From Candidatus Binataceae bacterium (GTDB taxonomy: Bacteria; Desulfobacterota; Binatia; Binatales; Binataceae), in contig DATKPK010000134.1 of the NCBI GenBank assembly GCA_035524095.1, forward strand, positions 24,515 through 88,514: a stretch of DNA of 64,000 nucleotides, read 5' to 3'. Positions 29,209-38,376 of this stretch are shown in pieces (the first letter of the stretch is position 1; every line of letters begins with the position of its first letter). Below the pieces are notes generated by a model. The model saw only the letters and a program-made list of their open reading frames with translations, was not told the origin of the DNA and made no database searches. A program made the position numbers and the translations under genes.

Positions 29209-29928
29209 ATGACGACCATGCTCTCGAACTCCCAGAAATCCCCGATCCGCCGTGCACTAGCGTTCACAGGCTCTGTGACCGCCCTGACGTTACTCTTGAT
29301 GGCATCCGCCTGCCACAGCCAGTCCGCCCAGACCAACGCCTCACCCCTGCCGCCCGCTCAGCCAGTTGCCGCTGCCACTCCCGCACCGGCGCCGGCCGCG
29401 CCGCCATCTTCCGCCGAAGCGGCGACACCTTCGCATGAGCACATCCACGGTCTCGCTTCGGCGACCGTCATCACGATCCACGGCAAAGTCGTCGCGGTTG
29501 ATCGCCCGAAGAAGACCGTCACGCTCGAAGGCCCGAACGGTAAACTGGTCACCGTCCACGTCTATAATCATTACAATCTTGAACAGGCCAAGGTTGGCGA
29601 CCGCTTCGTCGCCAAGTTCTACGAAATCATCACCATCCTCAGGCAGAAGCCTGATACCTCAATTCCATCAGTCTCGGTCGATCAGGGCATCGTTACCGCC
29701 GAACCCGGACAGCCTGCCGGTGCCGCCTTCGGCCGCTCGATTCGCGTGGTCGCCACCATCGACGCAATTAATCACGCCGAGCGCACCGTTGTAATCAAAG
29801 GCCCCGACGGCGCCGAGGAGACCGTTAAGGTCAATCATCCCTTTAGCCTGAAGCACGTTAAGGTTGGAGACCAAATCGTTATGACTCTGACCAACGTCGT
29901 CGCCATCTCACTCAAGCCCGAGGCGTAA
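29209..29928 (+). CDS. Secreted protein with an Ala/Pro-rich linker and two tandem about-55-aa beta-domain repeats (CusF-like fold, no obvious metal ligands)
   Basis: Signal peptide ending ASAC. Low-complexity PAQPVAAATPAPAPAAPPSSAEAATP. Internal repeat VVAVDRPKKTVTLEGPNGKLVTVHV...KVGDRFV versus ATIDAINHAERTVVIKGPDGAEETVKV...KVGDQIV. Confidence 0.55.
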   Translation: MTTMLSNSQKSPIRRALAFTGSVTALTLLLMASACHSQSAQTNASPLPPAQPVAAATPAPAPAAPPSSAEAATPSHEHIHGLASATVITIHGKVVAVDRPKKTVTLEGPNGKLVTVHVYNHYNLEQAKVGDRFVAKFYEIITILRQKPDTSIPSVSVDQGIVTAEPGQPAGAAFGRSIRVVATIDAINHAERTVVIKGPDGAEETVKVNHPFSLKHVKVGDQIVMTLTNVVAISLKPEA

Positions 29929-30240
29929 GGCGCGAGGCTATCCTCGCGCTAACTGTCTCCGGCAGTCGCCTTCTGCGACGACTGCCGGATTCCCTCGGCT
30001 GATGGCTGACGAATCAACCGGGATCCATCAGCCGTACCCATCACTTAACGGACCGACCTCGCCTCGCCGCTGATAATTCCATTGGCCTAACAATATGGCG
30101 GATTTTATGCCGCCCAATTTTGCAACGAGTGCCGCTCTCTGCTACTCAATAGCTCCCGAAAGCAACCTAATTCACCAAGCATATTTACTGCTTATGGTTA
30201 GCCGCTACCGTCGGTTCACTCCGACATCGAGTCAAAACCT

Positions 30241-31542
30241 ATGCCGACACTCGCCGACCATTTCGCGGCCATGCTCAAAGATGCGACCCTTCATAACACT
30301 ACTCTCATCTTCGAGGGTGCTCGCCGTAACATCCTTAGTAATCTGGCAAAGGCCGCAAAGGATCCCGCCGCCCAAAACGTCCAACTGCCGGAGAATGCAA
30401 CTCCGGACGATGTCTTGAAGCAAATTGTGGACTCTCCGATCGATCCAGGCGTTATCGACTCGCTCGCGGAGGCCGTGGGCTTCTCTGAGTTAGCAGGCTT
30501 CGGCAAATACGAGACTGGCGATCGCGGATGGATCGGATGCCTCCTGAATTACTACAGATTTCTCCACGACAAAGCGGGCTTTCCTTTGCCGCCGGTGCCT
30601 GCCAACGGCAACTCTATCGAGGGTGTCACTAACTTAATCGCCGAGCCCGCCGATAGATCTGGAATTAAAATTGGGATCGTCGGCGATTGGGGCACTGGGG
30701 TTTGGGACGACGGCAAGAAGAATGTAGCCAAGAACGTGATCGATGCCATGCGGCAGCATCGGCCCGACTACGCGATTCATCTCGGTGACGTCTATTACTC
30801 AGGCGACGCCAAGCAGGAAATTAGTAATTTTCTTCAGCTTTGGCCCTTCACCAATCACCGCAGCTACGCTCTCAACTCCAATCACGAAATGTACAGCGGC
30901 GGCCACGGCTATTACGGTACGTTGCTGAAAGACCCTGAATTCCAGCATCAGCAAGCCGGCTACTTCGCTCTGACGAATGCCCAATGGCTGATCATCGGGC
31001 TCGACACCGCCTATTACTCTACCAGTCATCTCTATCAGGAAGGCGCTATCCGCGATCCGAACGATCCTTCGAGCATGGCCCAGGCTGATTGGCTCGCGCG
31101 AGTTGTTAGCGCCAACCCCGGCAAGCGCGTGATCATGATGACTCATCACGACGGCTTCGACGTCGACGGTGAGACACTCAAGGTCGCGTTCAAGACCCTC
31201 TACCAGCAGATCGCTTTGCTGTTGCAGGGCGTCAGCGAATGGTGGTGGTATTGGGGCCACGTCCATACCGCAATCGTCTATAGCCCTGTCTCGCCCTTCC
31301 ACAATTCGTTGCTTCACGCGCGCTGTGCCGGCCATGGCGCAGTCCCCTACATGCCGTTCACCAAGCGCCTCGGCAAAGAAGTTATCTGGACCGAATACGG
31401 CCTCGCCAACAACCCCAACGACACGGGCGTCGACCGAGGCCGCGCCCCCAACGGCTTCGCGATACTGACTCTGACTGGCCCCGATTTGAAGGAAGAGTTT
31501 TACGACGAGAACAATCGTCTGCAATGGACCGGCGATCGTTAG
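30241..31542 (+). CDS. Calcineurin-like metallophosphoesterase with about-130-aa N-terminal extension
   Basis: Motifs GIVGDWGTG, HLGDVYY, NSNHEMY, MMTHHDGF and GHVH match metallophos signatures. There is no signal peptide. It lies in a lower-GC (low-to-mid 50s %) segment. Confidence 0.8.
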   Translation: MPTLADHFAAMLKDATLHNTTLIFEGARRNILSNLAKAAKDPAAQNVQLPENATPDDVLKQIVDSPIDPGVIDSLAEAVGFSELAGFGKYETGDRGWIGCLLNYYRFLHDKAGFPLPPVPANGNSIEGVTNLIAEPADRSGIKIGIVGDWGTGVWDDGKKNVAKNVIDAMRQHRPDYAIHLGDVYYSGDAKQEISNFLQLWPFTNHRSYALNSNHEMYSGGHGYYGTLLKDPEFQHQQAGYFALTNAQWLIIGLDTAYYSTSHLYQEGAIRDPNDPSSMAQADWLARVVSANPGKRVIMMTHHDGFDVDGETLKVAFKTLYQQIALLLQGVSEWWWYWGHVHTAIVYSPVSPFHNSLLHARCAGHGAVPYMPFTKRLGKEVIWTEYGLANNPNDTGVDRGRAPNGFAILTLTGPDLKEEFYDENNRLQWTGDR

Positions 31543-31560
31543 CCACGGCAAGGAAATCCG

Positions 31561-32475
31561 ATGATCACTTCAGCTGACTCTCTCGCGTATGCTGTCACGG
31601 CCTCGATGCAGAATGGACTCGCCGCGGCCATAGCTGGCAATCTTCCGCTCATCATGCTGAATACTGCCGAAGGCAGCAGCCTGGCGCATGATCTCCGCTC
31701 CGGCTATCTCATTCCCCGCAGCATCTCAGTCGATTACACGCCCTTATTCGATATTCTCCATCTTTCAAGCTATGGCCAGCCGCAACTCAAGCTCGAAAAC
31801 GTGATCGCCACGATTATCGAGCCTCGCGGCCTACTCAAGGACATCTTCGCCACTAACAGCGATCCGCGCGGGATGCTCAGTCAGGTCCTGAGCTTTCTCA
31901 GCCAGCCGAACTTCGCTCCCCTGCTCGGGACCTTCGGCTCCTATCTCGAAGGCCAGTTCGGCATCGCGCTGTCGCTCGTCACCACGCTCAAGAATCTCGC
32001 CAGCCCGACCTTTCCGCGCGCGATCGCCGATGCCGTTCTCGCCTACTTCTTCAATGAAAACGGCTTCGTCACCGTAGACAATATCCAGTATATGCCGCCG
32101 ATGAACTTCAGTGGCACCGCCCAGACGTCAGCCGACCTGCAGCACGCCTTGGTTCCCAAAAGCGGCGAACGCTATATCCGAGATCTGATAACGGTCACGG
32201 TCGAGGCCGCCGGCGACGTCCAATACCAGTTACGCGACCGCTACCATCAAATGGCCGCGAAGCTGACCGTCCCCCAGCAGGGCGTCGCCATGCGATGGTG
32301 CAAGGGCTTCGCCGCGATGGCCGAGTCGGGCGTGCTCACCGCTGTCGAAGAGACACTGCTCGGCATCGGCCAATTCCGCACCAATCCGATAATTGCAGCC
32401 GCAGCCGGAACCTATGCTGGCGCGATCGCCCGCAAGGCTACTCAGCATGTATTCCTTAAAGAATTTGGCGTTTAG
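31561..32475 (+). CDS. Hypothetical protein (no recognisable motifs), co-operonic with the metallophosphoesterase
   Basis: 304-aa ORF starting 18 nt after the upstream stop, with SD AAGGAAA 6 nt before the ATG. Soluble, no TM. Lower GC like its partner. Confidence 0.55.
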   Translation: MITSADSLAYAVTASMQNGLAAAIAGNLPLIMLNTAEGSSLAHDLRSGYLIPRSISVDYTPLFDILHLSSYGQPQLKLENVIATIIEPRGLLKDIFATNSDPRGMLSQVLSFLSQPNFAPLLGTFGSYLEGQFGIALSLVTTLKNLASPTFPRAIADAVLAYFFNENGFVTVDNIQYMPPMNFSGTAQTSADLQHALVPKSGERYIRDLITVTVEAAGDVQYQLRDRYHQMAAKLTVPQQGVAMRWCKGFAAMAESGVLTAVEETLLGIGQFRTNPIIAAAAGTYAGAIARKATQHVFLKEFGV

Positions 32476-32537
32476 GACTTAGGATCGAGGACGCAACTAC
32501 TGCTCAAGGGCACTGGCGTCGACCGCAAATAGCGCAG

Positions 32538-32975
32538 CTATTCCGCCGGCGCCCCCGGCGTCGGTGTCGCTGCCGGCGAAGCCCATGGTGGCGGAGGGAC
32601 TTGACCCTGTTGCTCCAATTGCTCGGCCTCGCTACGGAAGCGCGGCGGTACGAAATTCTGATCAAAACGCGCCTGCTGCTCCGGTGTCAGCACCGTCCGA
32701 ATCTGGATATATGCGTTCAGTAGAACTTTACGCCGTTGCCGCTGAAAGTTCCGTCGTAGCTGGCTGACATGCGCACGCGTATCTTCCATCACCTCGCCAA
32801 CCTGTTCCCGCTGGCTCGGTGTCAGATTCAACTCACGCGTCATCTTTTCCACCGGACCCTCGCCCGGCGGACGCAGCCATCCCAGCCGGTAAGCGGTAGT
32901 CGTGCCCGCGAATCCCAACGCGAACCCGGCCAGCAAAGCGGCGCATAGCAGGACGATTCCGTTCTTACCCAGCAA
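32538..32975 (-). CDS. Periplasmic LTXXQ-motif protein (Spy/CpxP/ZraP family)
   Basis: Signal anchor, then two LTXXQ motifs (LNLTPSQ, VLTPEQQ) and a Pro-rich tail. 145 aa. Confidence 0.6.
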   Translation of the reverse strand: MLGKNGIVLLCAALLAGFALGFAGTTTAYRLGWLRPPGEGPVEKMTRELNLTPSQREQVGEVMEDTRAHVSQLRRNFQRQRRKVLLNAYIQIRTVLTPEQQARFDQNFVPPRFRSEAEQLEQQGQVPPPPWASPAATPTPGAPAE

Positions 32976-33471
32976 GACCTTCGGATTGGACGGGGTTGTT
33001 ATCAGGCGCCAACGGCTCCTGTACTGAAGGATCAGTGCCGATTACATCCTGGCTGAAGATGCCCGCATCGGGCGTATAGCTGACTGGCTCAACCGCCGGA
33101 TCATCACCGGCAATCGCTTCCATCACGTCCTGACTTGCCGGCGCTGCAGCCCTCCAGGCCGCTGTCCCGCTGATGATCAACAGAATCGCCGCCGCAGCCA
33201 TTGCTCGCCACGGCGCCATCCCATTTCTTTGCGACGGCACGCGGCGCGCCGCCAACGGCCGCACCGCACTTCGCGCCGTTCCGGCCGGACGCGGCCGTGG
33301 CTCCGGTTCGCGCTCCGAATGGAGCACCGGCGCACTCAGCGCAAAGGTCCTGAACGACCTATCGCACTTCGCACACCTGCCCAGATGGGCACTGAAGGCC
33401 ACCCGCATCTCGGGCGTCAGCGTCCGGCACCAGAACGCGCCAAACTCCTTGCGCGCTTCAAAGCAATTCAT
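32965..33471 (-). CDS. Zinc-finger (HC2-type) anti-sigma factor
   Basis: N-terminal C..H...C..C pattern (CRTLTPEMRVAFSAHLGRCAKC), a central TM (AAAILLIISGTAAW) and a periplasmic tail. It overlaps the ECF sigma gene by 4 bp. Confidence 0.6.
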   Translation of the reverse strand: MNCFEARKEFGAFWCRTLTPEMRVAFSAHLGRCAKCDRSFRTFALSAPVLHSEREPEPRPRPAGTARSAVRPLAARRVPSQRNGMAPWRAMAAAAILLIISGTAAWRAAAPASQDVMEAIAGDDPAVEPVSYTPDAGIFSQDVIGTDPSVQEPLAPDNNPVQSEGLAG

Positions 33472-34103
33472 CTTGCCACCCGGCCCTTGTGCGACGAAAG
33501 AATCTTCTCGGCTTGTGCGCGCATCAACTGACGCGCACGAAATGCCCTTATCTTAACTTTGGCCACACTCCAGCCCATAATTTCTGCGATCTCGTTAACG
33601 CTCAGCTCCTCGGTCTCCTTCAAGACCATGACCATCCTGTCGTCCGGTTTGAGCGCGTCGAGTAGCCGGTGCGCCAAATCGTGCGCTTCACGCCTCTGCT
33701 CGGCTGCGTTGACTATATCTTCCGGTGTAGCTTGATTAACCAGTTGCGCCCAGTTCTGCTCCGCCGCACCGAAATCCCCAACCAAATCTTCTGGACGCCG
33801 TTGCCGCCGCCGCAATTCGTCGTAGCATACGTTTGCCGTTATCGCACGCAGCCATCCGCTGAACGGCATCTCGGCGCGATACGTCGCCAATCCGGTGAAG
33901 GCCCGCATCAGGCTTTCCTGCGCCAGGTCGCGCGCCATTTCACGATCGCTGAAAAACCGCTGGCACAGCCTCTCCACCTTCTCGCGATGGCGCGCAGTGA
34001 GTTCAGCGAAAGCGGCCGTCCGTCCGCCGAGGACTTCGGCTATCAGATCCTCGTCGGAATTAACGGCGCCTCTCCAGTTCCGTATTGCGGCGAGTGCAGC
34101 CAT
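33468..34103 (-). CDS. ECF (sigma-70 family group 4) RNA polymerase sigma factor
   Basis: Region 2 (DLAQESLMRAF) and region 4 HTH (LSVNEIAEIMGWSVAKVKIR). 211 aa. Confidence 0.85.
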   Translation of the reverse strand: MAALAAIRNWRGAVNSDEDLIAEVLGGRTAAFAELTARHREKVERLCQRFFSDREMARDLAQESLMRAFTGLATYRAEMPFSGWLRAITANVCYDELRRRQRRPEDLVGDFGAAEQNWAQLVNQATPEDIVNAAEQRREAHDLAHRLLDALKPDDRMVMVLKETEELSVNEIAEIMGWSVAKVKIRAFRARQLMRAQAEKILSSHKGRVAR

Positions 34104-34217
34104 TTTCCTCTGACTTTAACTACGGCCATTGCCCCCGCCTGGTTACAAATACCAGAGATTTTTTGCGCAATTTCCATCGCTTGGCTGCACTTCAAGCTCT
34201 TACGCCGCCACGTCCCG

Positions 34218-34829
34218 CTATTGCTCTGATGGCAGCCGCAATCCTGCCTCGGCCAAATCTGCAGGTGTATCCAGATCTTGTACCGTCCCTGCGTCCTCCA
34301 CGTCGGCATACCCAACCCGCGATGGCTCCCGATTCACTACCACCCGTGCGCCCTGGTCCTCCGGCGCATCCATCAGTTCCTTGAATACCGATCGATCAAA
34401 TAGCACCGGATGGCCTCGCCGACCCTGGTAACGCGCTATCACGATTGGCTTCCGCGTGCGCTCATATTCCGCTGCGACCGCTTGAAAGGTCGCGGAATCC
34501 ACCAGCGGATGGTCTGCCAGATGAACCATCACTGCTTCCGTGTCCAGCAAAACTTGAGCCAGCCCCACCCTCAACGATGAAAGTTGCCCGCGTGCGAAAT
34601 CTGCATTGTAAGCCACTACGATTCGCGCGTCGTCTGGCACCGACGCCGCTATCCGTTTCCGATGCGCCCCTAGCACCACAATCAGCCGCTCCGCCACTTC
34701 CAGCATCGCCATGGCGCTCTTGGCCACGAACGTCACGCCGCCGACCTCTAACAGTGGCTTCGGAAAACCCATCCGGCTCGATTTACCAGCCGCCAGCAGC
34801 AGCCCTTCGATCCGGTTAATGGGCGCCAT
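34218..34829 (-). CDS. MobA-like nucleotidyltransferase, likely molybdenum cofactor cytidylyltransferase (MocA)
   Basis: LLAAGKSSRMGFPKPL N-terminal NTP-transferase motif. 203 aa. Sits next to XdhC. Confidence 0.75.
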   Translation of the reverse strand: MAPINRIEGLLLAAGKSSRMGFPKPLLEVGGVTFVAKSAMAMLEVAERLIVVLGAHRKRIAASVPDDARIVVAYNADFARGQLSSLRVGLAQVLLDTEAVMVHLADHPLVDSATFQAVAAEYERTRKPIVIARYQGRRGHPVLFDRSVFKELMDAPEDQGARVVVNREPSRVGYADVEDAGTVQDLDTPADLAEAGLRLPSEQ

Positions 34830-34853
34830 CTAATCTGATGTAATACTTGAGCT

Positions 34854-36029
34854 TCAGCGCGAAATCGGCCGCAGCCGTCCGGACTTGGTCCCCAGCGTCA
34901 GTCCGTCGCGCACACCCGTCCGCCGTTCCCGGATGATCTCGGCGATAATCGCGATCGCGATCTCCTCCGGCGTCTCCGCCCCGAGATCGAGCCCCAGCGG
35001 CGCATGAATCTCATCCAGCCGTTTAGGATCGAAACCCTCTTCTTCGAGGCGCGCCAGCATCGCCCGCACTCGCCGCCGCGATCCGATCATCCCGACAAAA
35101 CCGCACGGCTGTTTGAGCGCCGCGCGCAGCGCCTCTTCATCAAACGCATGGCCGCGCGTCACCGATATCAAATAGCAATGTTGATCGAGATTAAGCGCAT
35201 CTATCGCCGCAGCGAACGGCCTCACGATAATTTGATCGGCCGTCGGAAAGCGCTCACGGTTCGCGAACGATGCCCGATCATCAATCACCGTCACATGAAA
35301 CCCGAGCATCGCCCCGAGTTGGCAGAGCGGCTGCGCAATATGGCCAGCCCCAACGATTATCAAGCGTTGCGCCCCGGTTATGGGATCGAGAAAAACCCGC
35401 GGCGCGCCATTCGCTGCAATATGCGTTATTGGCTTGAGCGCTCCGTCGCGATCGACCTCGAGTAAGCCTGCCACTGAATTGGCGGTGCGTTCCGCCAGTT
35501 GCGCAAGCGCCGCTTCTTCCAGTCGCGCCAAACGCTGATCCGCTTCGTATTTCGGGGGCGTTATCACGGTCTTCGCACCCGATGGCGTCTCACCCCACGC
35601 CCCCGGATCGACCACCGTGAGGAGTGCGGCGGGCCTGCTATGCTCCGCAGCGTCGGCCAGCTTGCGTGCGATCGGGAGGTCCGGATCCTTCCACATGTCG
35701 ATGAAGACATCCATCAGACCACCACACGTGCCGATCTCTTTCTGATCGAAATCGCCGGTCAAATCGATTTCGGCCAGCCGCGCACCGTCGCCTGCCGCCA
35801 GCATCAGCCGAGCCTTGCGAAATACCTCCGCTTCCCCGCAGCCGCCACCGATCGTCCCGAACTGGCCATCCTCACGTATGATCATCTTCGCGCCGACTTC
35901 CCGTGGCGTCGAACCTCGCACATTGATTACGGTCGCGAGCGCGAATGGCTGCCCACGTTCCAGCGTGCGCACCGCTTCCGGCCAGATTTGGTCAACCGCA
36001 GACATGCAAAGCTCCTGCGACGCCCTCAT
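34854..36029 (-). CDS. XdhC/CoxI-family molybdoenzyme maturation protein
   Basis: Two-domain XdhC architecture with a Rossmann-like C-domain (IIVGAGHIAQPL). 391 aa. Confidence 0.75.
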   Translation of the reverse strand: MRASQELCMSAVDQIWPEAVRTLERGQPFALATVINVRGSTPREVGAKMIIREDGQFGTIGGGCGEAEVFRKARLMLAAGDGARLAEIDLTGDFDQKEIGTCGGLMDVFIDMWKDPDLPIARKLADAAEHSRPAALLTVVDPGAWGETPSGAKTVITPPKYEADQRLARLEEAALAQLAERTANSVAGLLEVDRDGALKPITHIAANGAPRVFLDPITGAQRLIIVGAGHIAQPLCQLGAMLGFHVTVIDDRASFANRERFPTADQIIVRPFAAAIDALNLDQHCYLISVTRGHAFDEEALRAALKQPCGFVGMIGSRRRVRAMLARLEEEGFDPKRLDEIHAPLGLDLGAETPEEIAIAIIAEIIRERRTGVRDGLTLGTKSGRLRPISR

Positions 36030-36187
36030 ATGACGCCGCCTCGGAGGAAGATCAAAGTGTATTGTGACTTAAAGCGGCCCGCGCTTTCCAGTGCCCGGAA
36101 CTTTACCGGGCAACTGTGCGTACCGTCGACGAGGGCCGATCCCTCTCGGAACCTAACTTCGCATACGAATGTGGAGGGAAGCGGCGC

Positions 36188-37501
36188 CTAGAGCAGTCCC
36201 GACCCCGAACCCGTCTCTCTCGGCCCGGGCGGACCCGGACGGCGCCGGCCGCCATCTTCCGCCAGACCGTACCGCGTCAGCATCCGGTAAAGCGTCGAGC
36301 GTGAGATTCCCAGTAGGTCGGCCGCCCGCCGGCGGTTGCCCTCGGTTTCTTCCAGCGATCGGACCAGCGTGCGCTTGATCACCTCGTCGAGCAGCAACGG
36401 CGCCTGCGCTTGTCCAGGATTCGCCGTGGGCGCTGCGGCCGCCTGACTCTCCAAAAAGCTATCGCCGAGTTCGATCGGCGTTTCCGTCGGATTATCAGCC
36501 GATGGCTCGGACCGCGGATAGGTGCGGTTCATCACATGGTCGGGCAGCGCATGAGTATCTAAACGATCGCCGTCGGTCAGCATGACTGCGCTCTGCACCG
36601 CATGAGCAAATTCGCGGACATTACCCGGCCAGTCATATTCGCGCATCACATCGAATACCCGCCGCCGCACGTAGCGAATCGCTTTGCCGAACAAGCGATT
36701 GTAATGCTCGATAAAATGACCGGTGAGCGCTTCAAGGGCGTCACGCCGTTCGCGCAGCGGCGGAATCAGAATCGCAGTCGCGCTCAGCCGATAGTAAAGA
36801 TCGTCGCGGAACTCGCCCAGCTTGACCATCGCGCGCAGGTCTCGATTCGTCGCCGCAATCAGCCGGATATCGACCTTGTAACTCGCCGCTGACCCGACCG
36901 GCTGCACCTCATGGGTCTCCACGGCTCGCAAGAGTTTGGGCTGCAAGCGCAAGGGCAACTCGCCGATCTCGTCCAAAAACAGCGATCCGCCGTTGGCCGA
37001 CCGGAAATACCCGAGCGAATCCTCTCGCGCGTCGGTGAACGCTCCTCGCACATGACCGAATAGCTGCGACTCGGCCAGATTCTCCACCAGATTCGAGCAG
37101 TTGAAAGTTACAAATGGTCCTTTCGGCACGGGTCCCAGCGTATGCAAAGCGCGCGCGACCAGCTCTTTTCCGGTTCCCGATTCCCCGTGAATCAATACCG
37201 TCGCCTTGTATGGGCCCAAACGAGCGATCGTTTTGAGCACGCGACGCATATTCGCCGATTGCACGACCATGCCGCCGACGTTTTCGGCCCCAAGGCCGAG
37301 TGTGTCGATATCAACCCATTCGTTGTCCGCTCCACCCGGACGAAGTTCTTCCGGCGGTCCCATGCGATTTACTACTTCTACAGAATCATCCAAATCCCAA
37401 ACCTTCGGACAGGGCGCTCTTGCGATCCCCATAGCGCCTCGACAAGCCGCTCCCCAGCAATCGCCACCGTCCGGCGGCTGATAAAGCAAGTCGAGGGCCA
37501 C
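36188..37501 (-). CDS. Sigma-54-dependent transcriptional activator (bEBP) without canonical receiver domain
   Basis: AAA+ sigma-54 interaction domain (VLIHGESGTGKELVARALH and a GAFTGA-like loop GHVRGAFTDA), plus a C-terminal Fis-type HTH (ADLLGISRSTLYRMLTRYGL). The N-terminal region is too short for REC or GAF. Confidence 0.85.
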   Translation of the reverse strand: MALDLLYQPPDGGDCWGAACRGAMGIARAPCPKVWDLDDSVEVVNRMGPPEELRPGGADNEWVDIDTLGLGAENVGGMVVQSANMRRVLKTIARLGPYKATVLIHGESGTGKELVARALHTLGPVPKGPFVTFNCSNLVENLAESQLFGHVRGAFTDAREDSLGYFRSANGGSLFLDEIGELPLRLQPKLLRAVETHEVQPVGSAASYKVDIRLIAATNRDLRAMVKLGEFRDDLYYRLSATAILIPPLRERRDALEALTGHFIEHYNRLFGKAIRYVRRRVFDVMREYDWPGNVREFAHAVQSAVMLTDGDRLDTHALPDHVMNRTYPRSEPSADNPTETPIELGDSFLESQAAAAPTANPGQAQAPLLLDEVIKRTLVRSLEETEGNRRRAADLLGISRSTLYRMLTRYGLAEDGGRRRPGPPGPRETGSGSGLL

Positions 37502-37785
37502 TGTGAAAACTAGCCGAGAAATCTCGTTAAATCGTGAATTTCGACCAGCTTAAAGCGACATGTAGCGACAAATTGATGGCGAAGTGACCGTGATTTGGCG
37601 CATCTCTGCACCAAAAAACATTTACGACTCATTTCCGCGAGACATTGGCTTACTCCGGCGGCTGCTGAACAGACTTGGCACTACGTGCGTCATCGAGACC
37701 AGTCAGTCACTGCTTTACGGCTCGCCTACTAATTATTCACCGGTTTCCGCTGCTGCGCTCGCGGATTTTTCAGAGGCGCTGAGAC

Positions 37786-38247
37786 TCATAGCCCAAGCGC
37801 ATCGATTAACACCTGTGCCGCATGGTCGCGCGGGTCGACCTTGTCATAGACCCGCTCAATCACACCCTCGGCATCGATCAAATAGCTGATCCGTTCGGCA
37901 TACCGAGCCTTGCGATCCCCGCAAGCCCCGTATGCCATTCCAACCTCGCGTTCAGGATCCGACAGCAGCGGGTATTCGAAACGATATTTCGCCGCGAACG
38001 CGGCATTGCGCTCGCAATCATCAAAGCTGATTCCGACAATCGCAATATCGCTTTCATCGTAGTAGCCCTTCTGATCGCGCAGGCTGCATCCTTCGAGCGT
38101 GCATCCGGGCGTCTCGGCTTCGGGGTAAAACCAGATCAGCACCCGCCGTCCGCGACTCGCGCTGAGGGTAAACGGCGCGCCCTGATGATCACTGAGGGTG
38201 AAATCAGGTGCTTGATCGCCCGGCTTGAGCAAACTTGCCATTGTCAC
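37786..38247 (-). CDS. bcp: Thioredoxin-dependent thiol peroxidase (Bcp/PrxQ)
   Basis: APDFTL...VLIWFYPEAETPGCTLEGCSLRD, a peroxiredoxin CxxxxC active site. 153 aa. Confidence 0.85.
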   Translation of the reverse strand: MTMASLLKPGDQAPDFTLSDHQGAPFTLSASRGRRVLIWFYPEAETPGCTLEGCSLRDQKGYYDESDIAIVGISFDDCERNAAFAAKYRFEYPLLSDPEREVGMAYGACGDRKARYAERISYLIDAEGVIERVYDKVDPRDHAAQVLIDALGL

Positions 38248-38376
38248 GAATATCCGTCTAGACGCGACGCTTCTGGCGATCCGTTCCCTGCACTTACCGC
38301 CTCGTCGCTAGCGCCTAACTTTCTAGTTTAGACGGCTCGATGGGCCTCCGCCAATCTTTATTGGTCAGCGCCAATG

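Noticed and set aside
30799-31551. 250-aa minus-strand ORF
   Set aside because: Antisense to the motif-rich metallophosphoesterase CDS, with no motifs of its own.
35499-36191. 230-aa plus-strand ORF
   Set aside because: Antisense to XdhC, with an Arg-rich composition.
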